From positions 35,402,001 through 35,466,000 of the forward strand of contig NC_059437.1 in assembly GCF_021028975.2 (NCBI RefSeq): DNA of 64,000 nt, given 5' to 3'. The DNA is from Sphaerodactylus townsendi (Eukaryota). Position numbers and translations under genes: made by a program. The notes beneath the pieces are model-generated. The model was not told where the DNA came from and made no database searches. It saw only the letters and a list, made by a program, of their open reading frames with translations. This document shows, piece by piece, positions 1-12,835 of this stretch (position 1 is its first letter; every line of letters starts with the position of its first letter).

Positions 1-894
1 CTAACAAGCCATTTAACTCCAGCACAGATTTTTTTTTGATGTCTGTTGTTGTTTTCAAATGTATTATTTTTCTTTACAAAACATATTTTTCTGCAAACTT
101 GGGAGTTCCCCTAGAGTACCAAAAGCCTAAATTGTAACTGTGGCTATCCCATGGTGCAGATTTTTTTAACCCCTACAGGGGACAGCCCTTAACAACTGGA
201 CATGAAGATATGCCTATCCTGCATCAATGAATTATTTATTTAAAGAATTTATACCCAGTTTTTCTAACCTGATCAGGGCCACCAACGTGGCCAGCAGATT
301 AAAGACATACATAATAAAACATATCTTTAAAAAACATTAAAACCAAACACATAATTAAAACAATTAAAACTAAACTAAAATACACATACAAAAACAGAAA
401 AGAACAATTAAAACAGACGAGTGGGAACAGACAAGTTTCTCTTGGGAGAGAAGGGGGCAGATTAGTCTTTTTGGAAAGAGAGTTCCCGAGTTTTGGTGCC
501 AAAACCAAACACCATCTCTTAATGCTTAATCTAAGGTGGGAGCACCTGAAGCAGGGGCTTGGAAGATAGTTGTAGTGGTTGAATAGGTTATGCATTGCAT
601 GAAGAACTACTTTTTGTTTACCAGAATTTGTTGCCCATCAACTTTATTTGGTGCCCCTCAGATCTAGTATAATGGTGAATGAAAAAGTCTCTATCCACTT
701 TCTCCATGCTATGCAAAGTTTTACAAACCTCTATCATGTTCCCCCTAAAAATGAAATACAGGATTTTCTTGAAGACTTCAATGGATTGCAAGGGCTTGAT
801 GCAAAATAGAAACATTGATTTCCGACACTTTGGTTGAACCTAGTTTTAAAAAAGTGCTACTAATTGTTGTTGTTTTTTTTGGGGGGGGGGGTTC

Positions 895-1050
895 CCTAAG
901 AAACTATTTCACACCATATGCAATTAACTTGGGGGACTTGCTGCCACAAGATGAGGCAATGGCCACTAGTCTGTATGGCTTCTAAGAAAAAATAGACAAA
1001 TTCAAGGAGGATAGTATTACTGCTGGTAGTCATGAAGACGCACATGTCCT
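895..1050 (+). mobile_element. CR1 LINE 3' end fragment
   Basis: AATTAACTTGGGGGACTTGCTGCCACAAGATG...GGCTTCTAAGAAAAAATAGACAAATTCA resembles the CR1 ORF2 terminus; similar decayed pieces near 620-760, 4780-5100 and 5630-5880. Confidence 0.5.
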
Positions 1051-3004
1051 GGAAGTATCTGTGTGAATGAGGATTGCCCAAATGATCAGGCATACCCAAG
1101 TAAATTTGGACCATGTTAGAAAGTACATTCTAGCCCTGAAACATTCCTCCCCCCCCCCCCTTTCCCTTCTCTTTCCAACAAACTCAAGGGAATTCACACA
1201 TTCACTCATTGGTTTGTGTTATATTTATTAGTACTAATTAAAGGGTATTATGCTGTTCGTGTTTATGTACTCTTGGAGAAAGGGAATCAGATGTAACTAC
1301 CCTCACGTGTGATCCACTGAATCGCCACAAGTTTACTATATGAATGTTACATCAAAGCAGACCTAAAGTGATATCACGTGAGCTTGACCTAAGCTGCAGA
1401 ATGTGCCAAAAATTGAGGACAGAATCTAGAACTCCCATCTGCAACCCCAGGCTCTGAGCTCCACACACACGGATGAGAACACCAGAGCCCCGACAAATGT
1501 TTGTGGCAGCTTTAGCAGATGGACTGATGCACTTGAAGGCCCCCTCGCAGCAATGGCAGATGTTCTTTCAGATGGGGAAACCAGAGGGAGGGGAGAGGGA
1601 AAGTCGCCTTTCGAAAGGAAAGATGCTGGGGTTTTTACATCAAATTAAATAGTTTGCAAGGCTAGTGACTGGATGCAATCTAATGTCTGGAGAAAGCCCT
1701 TCTTCTTAGCTGGATAAGTCTGGGAAAGATTTGGGGCTCTGAAGTCAAGACAAGGGATGAATGGATGGGTAAGAGAAAGGGAGAAAGGGAGTCAGGGTGC
1801 CTGGCCCTGTGGGAGCACATACAGCAAACATTTATGTGCATTAGGCTCTAGGCCAATGTGCCCAAAGAATGTTCATTTCTGTTTCAACGAACTCGCAAAA
1901 TGAAAAGGGGGTGGAAGGGTAAGGAACAGCTTCAGGCAACAGCAGACGGAGGCTTTAAATGACTGTTTTAATTTTAGCCAGATTGTTTCGTATGTTCAGT
2001 TGAGGAGGTTATTCTGGGATGCAAATATGCCTTTGGTGGAACAACAACACAGAAACGATGTTAGTTGTCTTCTTCAAATCACAAAAGCCTTGCATAAACA
2101 TCACCAACAACAAGTTCAATCACACAAGTTCAAACATATACACAGCGTCCAGCAAAAACCACTTCGGTCAACCAGGTGATAGCAGTATGCACTGGTGGTG
2201 TCTGCAGAATTTGCCTTTATCAATGTTCTGGCAGTCTCTAGAGGCATATTTGTGCAATTTTTTTCTAGGAATATGTTCTACACTCCTAGGTCTATGCTGT
2301 TGTACTCAAGTGGGTGGGCAAGGATCCATTGGTGGTTAAAAGCTGCAGTGTGACAAAATACAACCAATCATGGTCAGAGTCACTCTACAACATGCCACCC
2401 CTCCAAATCCCCACTTCATTTCCATTCTTGATTTAGATGGATATTTATACCTCACCTTTCTCCCCAAGGGGCCCAAAGTGACTTACAACTTTATTGTGCC
2501 CCTCTACTTTGCCCCCAGAGCATCAACAATCCTATGAAGTAGATTAAGTTGAAAGTGATTGGCCCTCCTAACTACTACATCATCATGGCTCTAAAGAATA
2601 GAAAGGACTGAAATGAACGTAGACAAATATTTGAAGTTCTCGAAGTGTACATTTTCACCACTCACATTCTACTGTAATAGGAAATTCAAATCCATACTTT
2701 GTGTAATGTTACCTCAAAGTCTGAGTGCTCAGTATCAACAGCTGATTAAGCTGATTAGCAGCTGATTAAGTTCAGAAAGTACTGCAGTCTATCCAGTATT
2801 GCCAAATATGAATAAATTGCTCGCCTGCTAACAAGTAATGACAAATATTAACTGACAAGCGGAAAGTTAATGGAATCAAATATTGTTAGATGACTAATAC
2901 AGGTTAATATAGATATCAACTATCTATTCAGAGTGCTCAAAGAATATCCAGGAAACATTTTACACCAACGTTCACTGAGGATAGTGTTTTGGAGCAAATT
3001 TGCT

Positions 3005-3061
3005 GTCAGCTATTTAAAACAAGCATTTTGGCAGTCAGCTATTTAAAACAAGCATTTTGGC
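3005..3061. repeat. 29-bp tandem duplication
   Basis: GTCAGCTATTTAAAACAAGCATTTTGGC x2. Confidence 0.9.
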
Positions 3062-5224
3062 TGTTCTGTTCAGGGTTGTGTTGCAAACTTGTTAGTCTTT
3101 ATGGTGATATGAGGTTCCTTTATGCTTTATCTTCTTTTAATATTGTTGTAGTGCTGCAAAACTCAGAGCAAAGACAATATGATTTGTGATGCACTGTATG
3201 AAAGGGCCACACCCAATATTGCTAGGCATGCAAGTTTACTACCTGGCAGCCTTAGGCCAAGGTAAGCTCAGAGCAAGATTAAGATAGACAGAAGCCTGGA
3301 ACAATACCCTACCTCTGGGTACTACAACATTCACTTTGGTTAAAGAAACATTATTTCTGGATTGTCTTGTTTCTCTTCACTAGGAATGTACAGCAAAAGT
3401 TCCTTTAGCAGCTTTTTAGACTTGGACCAAACGCAAAATCATACTTTGAAGGGAATTGGGTAGATATTTTTCTAGATGTCAAAAGCTGGAGCTGCTGCTA
3501 GATTCAGCTAAACTGCAAGGACTTGGCTGATAGAAAAGTAATTATGTTTTATTGGGGGGATAGAGTTGTTCTTTCAAATGTGCATAAATGGGATAATCCT
3601 GGCAGGTTACTGGTATATCCCGTGATTAATTTTAATGATTTCTAATCTCCCTTCCATTGATCTCACCAGTATAAACTATAATGATGCTTACCATTTGTAC
3701 AGAACATTAAAGTATTCAAAATGCTTCACATATATTATCTTATTATAATCCTTTCAGCTACAGGGCAGGTCAGAATCACTGGCCTCATTTGGCAAACAAT
3801 GCAGGGAGAGGGCTGAGATTAGTTGTTTGATGCCTCCTTCATAACACTCAAGATTCAAACCAGGAATTTGGTGCAGGCCTAGGCTGGTAGATTTGCCCTC
3901 CCTAGGGCACATGCCCAGAGGGGTGGATCTGTTGGCAGGCTGCCACCATGGACCTCCAAACAGCTGGACATGGCGGTGCATGCCACACCAGTGGTCCTGT
4001 GCCCCCGTTGCCTACGCCGATGTCATGGGGGTGTTCTGGGGGCATGGTCAAGGATGGAGCCAGCATTTGCTGGAAACGCTGGTGCTTGGCTCCAATGTTA
4101 GTTGGCTTCCACCCCCGCTTTGCCACCAGAAATGCTGGTGCCTGTTTCAGTGGCATAAGTCCATGGAAGCCCTATGGAAGGTTTTCAGGAAGCAGGGGGA
4201 TTTGTTTTCCCTCTTGGCTCCCTGTGCTGCCAGAAAGGCCTCCCGGGAATGGCACGGTAGCAAGGCTACAGTGCCGCATCCGGCTGCCCGGTCATTTGGA
4301 TGGGGCTGGCCACTACCTCACAGGGTTGTTTTAATGATCAAATGGAAGAGAGAAAAGAATGTACAATGCTTTGGATCGCCATTTGAGGGAGTGGTGGGGT
4401 ATAAATAAATACCACAACTCAATACAGGGCAAGCCAATGTCTTTAGGCTTTTTTTTACAGGTCCACAACCAAATGTGCGTGCTTAATGCCCTTACAGTCT
4501 GGAATGCAGTCCAAATTCTGCCAGGTCTGAAACCAGTTTTATGTCTGTAGGGTTATATGCCAAGGTTGGGGCGAGGAGCAGAGTCTGAATGTGCACAGAG
4601 AATCTAACACCAGAATCTGCCGAATCTAAAAAAATTAGATCCAACTAGTTCAGCATCCTGTTTTCTTAAACCAGGTTCCAAAAAGCACAAAAGCCACAGT
4701 CTTCTTCCACTGTTGCCTCCTTTGCTACAGAGATATTGATCAGATGTATACTACATGGAAGCTCCTTTTAGCCAGCATGATATACAGGCATGTATAGATT
4801 ATCCCTTAAATTTGTTTAATTTCCCCTTCAAAGTCACTAATAGCCATTCTTTGACAAAAAAAATATGATTTTAAAAAAGAACTACATTATTTTTTTTGCC
4901 TGGCTTGAATAAGCTGCCAGTAAATGTTATTTGGTTAACTCAAAAGTTCTAGTATTATGGGAGAGAGTGAAAAAGTTTTCTATCCAATTTTCTACACACC
5001 ACACTAAATTTTTAAAATCTCTATCCTGGACATCCTAATAATCAAAACTAAAAGACCTTTCATCAAGGAAAGGTACATCAACCCCTTTATCATTTTTCCA
5101 TGTCATTGTAAACTTTTGCCTTACTGCACATTTGCTCATGACAGCACTCAACCCCTTACACTTCCTGTTTACCAGTTGGTCATATTTTGTTGCTGCCCTG
5201 TTGGGAAGAAGATGATGGCTACAT

Positions 5225-5480
5225 GGTTGGTGTAATGATTATGAGCAGTGGGCTCTAATCTGAAGAACTTGGTTTGATTCCCCACTTCTCCACATGAATA
5301 ACAGACTCTAATCTGGTAACTGGATTTGTTTCCATGCTCCTACACATGAAGCTGCTAAGTCACCTTGGGCTAGGTACAGTTCTCTCAGACCTCTCTCAGC
5401 CCCACCTACTTCACAGGGTGTCTGTTGTGGGGAGAGGAAGGGAAGGAGTTTGTAAGCTGCTTTGAGACTTCTTAATGGGA
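5225..5480 (+). mobile_element. tRNA-derived SINE (Squam3-like squamate family)
   Basis: tRNA-like A/B-box head (GGTTTGATTCCCC) and body CTCTCTCAGCCCCACCTACTTCACAGGGTGTCTGTTGTGGGGAGAGGAAGGG shared with the copies at 13.7, 16.4 and 53.6 kb. Confidence 0.75.
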
Positions 5481-7469
5481 ATGACGAGGTTATCTTATCA
5501 CTGCAGCCCAAGTTACTATAATATCACTCCTCAAACACTACATGACATTGTTCTGTGTAATATAAGGTGGCATGAGGCAGCAGGAGTTTCAGTAGGTGCA
5601 CAGAAGGATAGGAAAAGCTTCTTTGCAGAATCTGTAATTCATGTATGTATTGAATTCACTAACTGCCATATGATTTTTGAAAAAAGAATCCAAAAGACCA
5701 CCCATGGTGGTTAGCTAAATGGAATCTTCGTAACCAGAAGCAGTGTGCAATTTGATGGGAACAATGGATATGGCTAAACCCCACTTGTGTGTTTCCTGCA
5801 GGCACCTGGATTGCTGGTGACTATTGGAAACATTGCATTGGGCTAGAGAAACCTTGGTTTGATACAGCTAGGTAGTCCTTTAATTTCTTTACCTGCTGTA
5901 ATCTCTGTGTCTTCAACAAAATGGCCAAAGATCCAGGAACCCTCTTCTCCTTTGCCTTGGACTGCCCTGTGGAAATGTACTGCTTTCTGATCAGACCAGT
6001 TGCTGTTCTTATTTCCATTTGTTACTTAGTCAAAAATATTGTGCCCTTCCGTTCTAAGAATAGTCTAAAACATGCAAAATCTAGTCCAGTAAATTATATA
6101 GGTATGCACATGGTTCTAAGGATTCCTGTTGATTTTTATTATAGCAGTCTTTTATGTGTTATGTGTCTACTAGTGTTATGGCTATGGTTAAACAATTAAT
6201 TATTATGGATTATTTGGTATCTGCATTGTAAGGTTGGCATACATTAATCAAAACTCAAATGTCTGGAAGAAAACCTTGGGGTCAAACACTGAAATAATTG
6301 TCTTTCTGTAAACCCACATATTAAAATATAAGTGATGTCCTATCAAAAACCAACAGGGAGGGGGCTCTCTAAAAATTCCTTTGCTTCAGTTTTCGGTGTC
6401 TCTCTTAATTAGACTCCTGGGCTGAAAATAGAAGCCCTTTGCCGAGCATTGGGCACTGAGCTCAAAGCCATGCACAGTGCACATGTCCTATCAGATTACA
6501 GGATGGAGTGCGCTCACGTGGCCCAGTGTACTAGAGACCCAGCTGTGTCTTTGTAAAACAAGAAAAGGGAATTAGGCAGCAGGGATGAGCACAACCTGAG
6601 CCCACTGATTCATAAGACAGAACAGAGGGTATCATGGCGGGGAGGGGTTTACAGACACAAGTTTCAGGTGGGTTGGACCTCTCAGTATTGAGGAAGGCTC
6701 ATCAGGATCTCAAACAGAATCTAGTTGGTCCATGGGTTCAGAACAGGAAAATTGCTCAATGTGGCTCAATGTGGCTATGAACAGAAGGAACAGAATTGAC
6801 AGTTAACAGGATACAGAATGCTTGACCAAGGTGCTGTCTGAGGCCATGACGGTTTGCAAGGTTCATTCTCTTCAAGCATGGAAGGGAATATTTTTATTTT
6901 TATTTAATTGGATTTATTGAAATTAAAACAATACATACGTTTATTAACGTACATCTATACTAAATAAATTATCACTAAAATACAAATTTATTTATTGCAT
7001 TCATGTTCCATTTGCCTTTCCTTTTAGTAAGTGCAAATCAACTTAGTATGTTCCCTGGACTCCTGTCCAGGCATAAACCAAATATATATATAAATCCATT
7101 TAGCTTAAACAGTGCTATAACAACAGCTGCATCAGGAGTTCCCAGGCTATTCTTGGGGCCCAGAGGCAACATCATGCCCTCTTCCCAGCAGGCTTGGTAT
7201 AAATACTAGAAACTGAGCCATCTGCCCTTGTCTGATCAACTGAGTAGGACTAATAGTGCTTCAGGCTCCTACCGCTTTGGCTGCTCCATACCCTCCAGGC
7301 CTACTGTAGCGAGCTGCTCGCAGATTCAGAAAGATCTTGATGGGCAAACTCTTTGTGATAACCTTAGACTCAGGTTCTAATTTTGATTATGTGTGTTGAG
7401 AGTGGATGTGACAGTCTCTATGAGCTTAACATTTGACATAAGTGACGTAATACACACACCACGACATTA

Positions 7470-8255
7470 AAAAGGTGACTTTAAAAAGGGGAAGGTCTGC
7501 CCCAATTAATCTAATAGAAGAACCTCTGGCAAAAGAAATGGAAGTCAATAATTAGGAATGCAAAAAGAGAATTTGAGGAACAGGTTGTTCTAAAAACATC
7601 AAGGCAAACAATAAACATTTCCTTATATCTGCAGTAGAAAACTCAGGCAGAGAAGCAGTTGGGCCTTTCAATGACCAAGGAATAAAGAATTTGCTAAAGG
7701 AAGGTGGAGAGATGGCAGAGAAACTCAATTAATTGTTTGCTTCTGTGTTCAATGTGGAAGGTTTGGACCATTATTTTCAGGAAGGGAGCCTGAAGAACTG
7801 AGTCAAATGGAGTGACAAGAGACCTACTGAGGAAGTTAAAAACCAGTAAATCAGAAGGTTCAAAGGGCATATACCCAAGAGCTCTTAGGGAACTCAAATG
7901 GGATATAGTAGATATACTAACCTGTATATGTAATCTGTCACTAAATTCAGTTGCTGCACCAGAAGACTGGAGTGTAATATGTTACACTGATTTCTAAAAA
8001 GGTGTCCAAAGAAGAGCTAGAAAATTACAGGCCAGTGTCTGTCCCAGGAAAATTAGTAGAAACTGTAATCAACGATTGACTTATGAGATACATAAAGGAA
8101 CAAAGCTGGCTGGGGGGAAATCTGCATGGCTTCAAAAAGGGAAGTAGTCCTCCTGACTCATCAACCTTTTGGAATTATTTGAGAAAGCGAACAAGCATGT
8201 AGGTAACAGTGACTCACTGGACATTACATAGGACTTTCAAAAGTCTTTTGGTGAG
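7470..8255 (+). mobile_element. CR1 LINE ORF2 (reverse transcriptase) fragment, decayed
   Basis: Broken frames give KSEGSKGIYPRALRELK (CR1 SPGPDGIHPRVLKEL-like), PEDW, ENYRPV and DFQKSF (DFxKAFD). Confidence 0.8.
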
Positions 8256-11210
8256 TCCAACTCTTTTGCATCCGATTCTCCCCAAGATAATACAAGATAA
8301 TACATCCGATTCTCCCCAAGATAATACAGTATCAGCCATTCAAAATCATCATGCCAGTTACAGCATGTGAAACTGTACGCTACAATGGGACCTTATTGCT
8401 TATGTGATTTTATTTATTTACTTATCTGTAAATAAAGTTGTATATCACTTTTCAACCATAATACTTCTCCAAGGGCATCAAATTAATTCCGTTGACAGGC
8501 TGAACATTGTGGGTCAGCGATTGAGAACATGTCATCTGTGCAGAAGGTCCCAGTCTCAACCTCTGGCATCTCCAATTTAAGCTCTCAGGTGTCAGGAGAA
8601 AAGACACATGGCAACTCACTGCCAGTCAAATGACTGAACTGGCTATGAGTCTGAGGTGAGAGATATTATCAGATTAATCTGGGCTGATGTTCAGCTGCCA
8701 TGGCTTGCCTATCCCTATACAGTAGCGATAGGAGAAATACGGTAGATATCCTGCAGAGTCCTCTCCTGACTTCCAGGTGCATGGAGCAGATGGTATCAAT
8801 GGCACGTAGTAATTAGAGGCAGTTTCTATTGTGCTTCATAATAAAACGTATTGGAAAGATAAACATGACGGCTGAGTATTTAGCAGTTCAGTCAATTAAT
8901 TACTTTGTTGAAGTTGTCCATAAGAATCTGGCCAGTACTACGTAGGTACATCTCAATCCATTCTCTATACGCTGAGTATTTTCTTGATGCTGTCGGCGCA
9001 GGTGTAGTAAGAATGGCAACTTAAGTGGCCGAGAAATTCCAAACCATCTGAGACTTTCCTCCCTGTTTCTTGTTCCATCATCATTGCTTCAATAATCTCA
9101 ATGACCTTTGGGAAGAAAAACAGCTGCACCAGAAGCCTAGCCAAGTCCATCACAGTGGTGAGCATCAGGACACCCTCCAAGTTCTTGGGTGCCAAAATTC
9201 TGTCCCACATGCAATGGTGATAGAAGTGTTTTCCAGTTTCATACTTGGGCTGTGCCAGGTTGAATCAGCATTTGATTTCAGATGTAATACTGATAACAGC
9301 AAAGAAATTGTTCCAGGGGTGTTTCTTCACATTCAAGATTGCTGATGCCTTTGGAGTCCTTGTCTGCTGGCAGTTTTTGAACCCTTGGAGTTTGGGGCTC
9401 GTTTAACTTTAAACTTAGAATCTCAGTGGCGTTCTTTGTGAATTTTAAAAAAGCAAACAATTGCAAATAGAAGCAAAGGCTAATAGTATGTGCATATCAG
9501 TGTTCTCCAATGGAAGGTAAACGACCATGTTATTTGACTTTCAGAATATTGAACCAATTGCTGACATTGTGGTAGTTACTACGGTAGGTATAAAATAAGA
9601 ATAAAAGGTTAACTAGGTGGATCACTGGGTGACCTGTGCACAGTCACTTGCCCAGTCCCTGGCTTTTAATTATTAAGCCATAACGTGCTCACTAATTTTT
9701 ATACCACACAGTTACTGAAATAAGCGCTTTCCCCACTCATGTAAGAGTTCTTATAATTATACTAAGTTTAGATTTCATTTTGAACCAAGTTCTTTTATGA
9801 GAACTAAAGGATTTTTAATTTTTAACAACCTGATCTGATTTTCTTTTTTTAGATAAGTTTTTTATTCACCCTGATTTGGACTTATTTACTTCATTGTTGA
9901 ATTCCTGCCCTTTTGAAAAAACCTGGAGTTTCCTGGATCTTTTGTGGCCCTTCTCACCATTCTTAAAGAAGACTTGTATGGATTCTGGAAGCCCATGAAG
10001 TTGGACACAAAGGATGGAGACTGGTTGATGTATGCATCTCTTTGGCATTTTCTATAGTCCCAAATTATGTTAGGCTCGTCTTTCACATCATTTCACAGCT
10101 GTTTTTGGAGCTGTGATTGACCTACAAGCCAGACCTAGTGAGTGGTTGCTTTGACTGAATATTGATGACTTTTAAACACAAAAGAAGTGGCCAGATATGT
10201 GAACTGAACTGCTGAATAACACAAACCAAGGAAGAGAGGTCCCAACTGAACCAACATTTCTTTAACAGCAGTGGAAATTGTTATCAACCTATTCTCTTTC
10301 TGGTCTTTGGAACTCTGAACCCAATATAGACACAATGTAAACAGCTCATCTCCAGGCATGTTTGTCCTCCCATTGGCAACGATGCCAACGAAAACCTTTC
10401 ACTGCTTTCATGATGTGATGTTGGAGCACTTGAGCCATAAATTAATTTAGTTCTAGTTCATCATCACTGCTCAGCCACTTGTGTCTTCAAGTGAGCCATT
10501 TTTAAGGGCAAGTACATATTTTGAGCTTTCCTTCAAAAGGTCAATGAAATTATCATTGTTTGGTGTGCACCTGCAATGCTTAACAAAAACTGTGATGTTC
10601 AGTACTGATCACACTTCGTCCTGATACTAACTTGACTTCTTAGTAAAGAGCTCAAAAACATGCTAACCCTTTCTGTGACATTCTCATTGTATTTTATTCC
10701 CAGACTGTTTTGAAAAGACTGTTATGAACACTCTGTTTAGGGTTCAGCTTCTGTATCCCACCACTCTTCCTCCATTCTACACATTGGTTTTCCTCAGCTG
10801 AGCTCAGCCCTTCCCTCCACAGCTAGGCACTATCTCTAAGCAAGGCTGCTGTGTGGGACAGACTGGAGGAAAAATCCTGATGTGATCTATTTTCAAACAG
10901 CATTTGGGTTGAGTTGGTTGATAGACTCAAACACTAGATAATTTTTCTTTAGAAGTTCTTTAGAAGTTTTAGCAGCCCTGCTCCTCAGCTCCAGCAAGGA
11001 AAGCACTGTAGTTGCCTGATGGATTGTAGCCAAGGGGCAACATCTTTTCTTTTCCATTATCAGCAGCTCTGACTACAGTAGCAACAGTTTTTGCCTATGG
11101 GTAGAGGGGCTGGGGTTTGGCCACCCTATCTTATCTTGTGAATGTTTGGCTACCCGATCTTATCTTGTGGCTTTAGTCTCCTCAATTCATTTGCAGGAAC
11201 TAGTTGTGCT

Positions 11211-11600
11211 CAGAGGTGGGATCCAGCAGGTTCTCACAGGTTCCCGAGAGTAGGTTACTAATTATTTGTGTGTGCCGAGAGGGGGTTACTAATGGGTGAT
11301 TTTGCCACGTGTTTTTTGCCTTAGTTATGCCCCTCCTCTCAGCAGTAGCACGCAGAACTTGAAGCAGTCTAGCAGGAGGTGCACTGGCGTGCGTGGCAGC
11401 CTGCGCCTGCGTGCATTCGTTTCCCGCCCAAGGACCAGCGCAGCGGCTGCGTCCTGGCCACAGCCCCGCCCAGGAATGCCCCACCCCCAGAATCCCTGGG
11501 CACACCCCCATCATGCCCAGCCCAGCCCCATTGGCGCTACGTCACAGTTTGAATTTCACCCATGGGAACCTATTACTAAAATTTTTGGATCCCACCATTG
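11211..11600. mobile_element. Non-autonomous hAT transposon (MITE)
   Basis: TIRs CAGAGGTGGGATCC / GGATCCCACCATTG; perfect 8-bp TSD GTTGTGCT at 11203-11210 and 11601-11608. Confidence 0.88.
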
Positions 11601-12329
11601 GTTGTGCTCTCAGTGCCAGTTCCCCAGCTGCAAATCCAGAAGCAATAGAGTTGTGTAGGCAATAGCAAAAGTGATCTTATGGAAGTCCACTTTAGGGACA
11701 GGTGTGGAGCTTGGCTTGCTACTTTTATCCACTTTGCAAATGGCTGCTGACCTTTGAATAATATAAATAATCTTTGCTCTAAATTGTGAAGTAGAACCAT
11801 GCCCGGTTTTAAGCTTGCCATCAATCTGTTTTATTTGATGTAGTTCACCTCCCCATAGGACAAATTCCAAAGGGTTCTGTTAATCTGTTGCAGCAGGCCC
11901 ATAAGAACATATGTCACAATTCATTTGTCAGTCTTGAAGTTGCCCTCAGGAAAAAGCTCTGCCTCCCCTTCCCCAGAAGATTAGGAACTATTTTACATTT
12001 CCTCTGTCTTGAGGGGGCAACAATCACTGTACACATTAGCAGACACTCTTATAATGCTGTGTCTCATATCCTAAGCCTGTGTCCTGGGAAGAAGTTCTGT
12101 CGGCTAAACTACAAATTATGCACAGGTTCCCAGAGTCAAGGGGAGTCTTCGGGATTATGAGCACTGCTGACGTGGCTTGAAGCCCAAAAACACATGGATC
12201 CTTTTAACGAGCTATTTTGTGTAATTTGAACATACTCCTCTTGCTTTTCCCGAGTTTTGTCATGAGGGACTATCGTACCCCCCGGGTTTGTCTGTACTTT
12301 CTCAGAGCATTTTTCTCGAGGAGAGTTAC

Positions 12330-12835
12330 GCTTTAGAGACACGCGCGCGCCCCCGCGCGGGCACGAAGATTTATTTCAGCAAAGCCAGGCAACCCTCCTC
12401 CCCGGGGTTCCTGCCCCGCCCTACAATCCAGAAGAGCGAACTCAGGGGCACGCGCTATTCTGACGGACAGGAGAAGAAACCAAGATTCCAAGTTTGGGAG
12501 GGGGAGGGGCCCCGATTATGACAAGCAAGAAGACGGACAAGTGCTGAAGCACCTACAACTGGCAAGTATTAGAGCACCAGGGAGGGTGGAGGAAATCAGA
12601 GGAAAGTAGGCGGGGCCAGTCACATGTCCATCTCATAGCGGGGGCCCATAGAGCGGGAAGCATTCCACTACCTTATTGGTGCTTCTCCTGCCTCGCCTTC
12701 GTGTTGTGATTTGCGATTGCTTGCGGTGAATCGAGGGCGTTCTCTCATTGGGTGGCGTGAATTCCGGCTTCGAAGAGCGATCGGAGCAATGCTCCCGGAA
12801 GTTCAATTGAAGCTGTTTTATAATCGCGGAGATGG
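12330..12835 (+). promoter_or_regulatory. POP5 CpG-rich promoter
   Basis: CpG cluster upstream of the ATG, two inverted CCAAT (ATTGG) boxes near 12675 and 12747, ETS-type CCGGAAG at 12795-12801. Confidence 0.6.

Noticed and set aside
1-8600. CABP1 exons expected from human synteny beyond POP5
   Set aside because: No EF-hand or caldendrin-like coding sequence recognisable in the ORF track or by eye; only repeats and non-coding sequence
9866-10560. RPP40-like pseudogene next to POP5 (both RNase P subunits)
   Set aside because: Only a few short, frame-inconsistent resemblances; not supportable without a search
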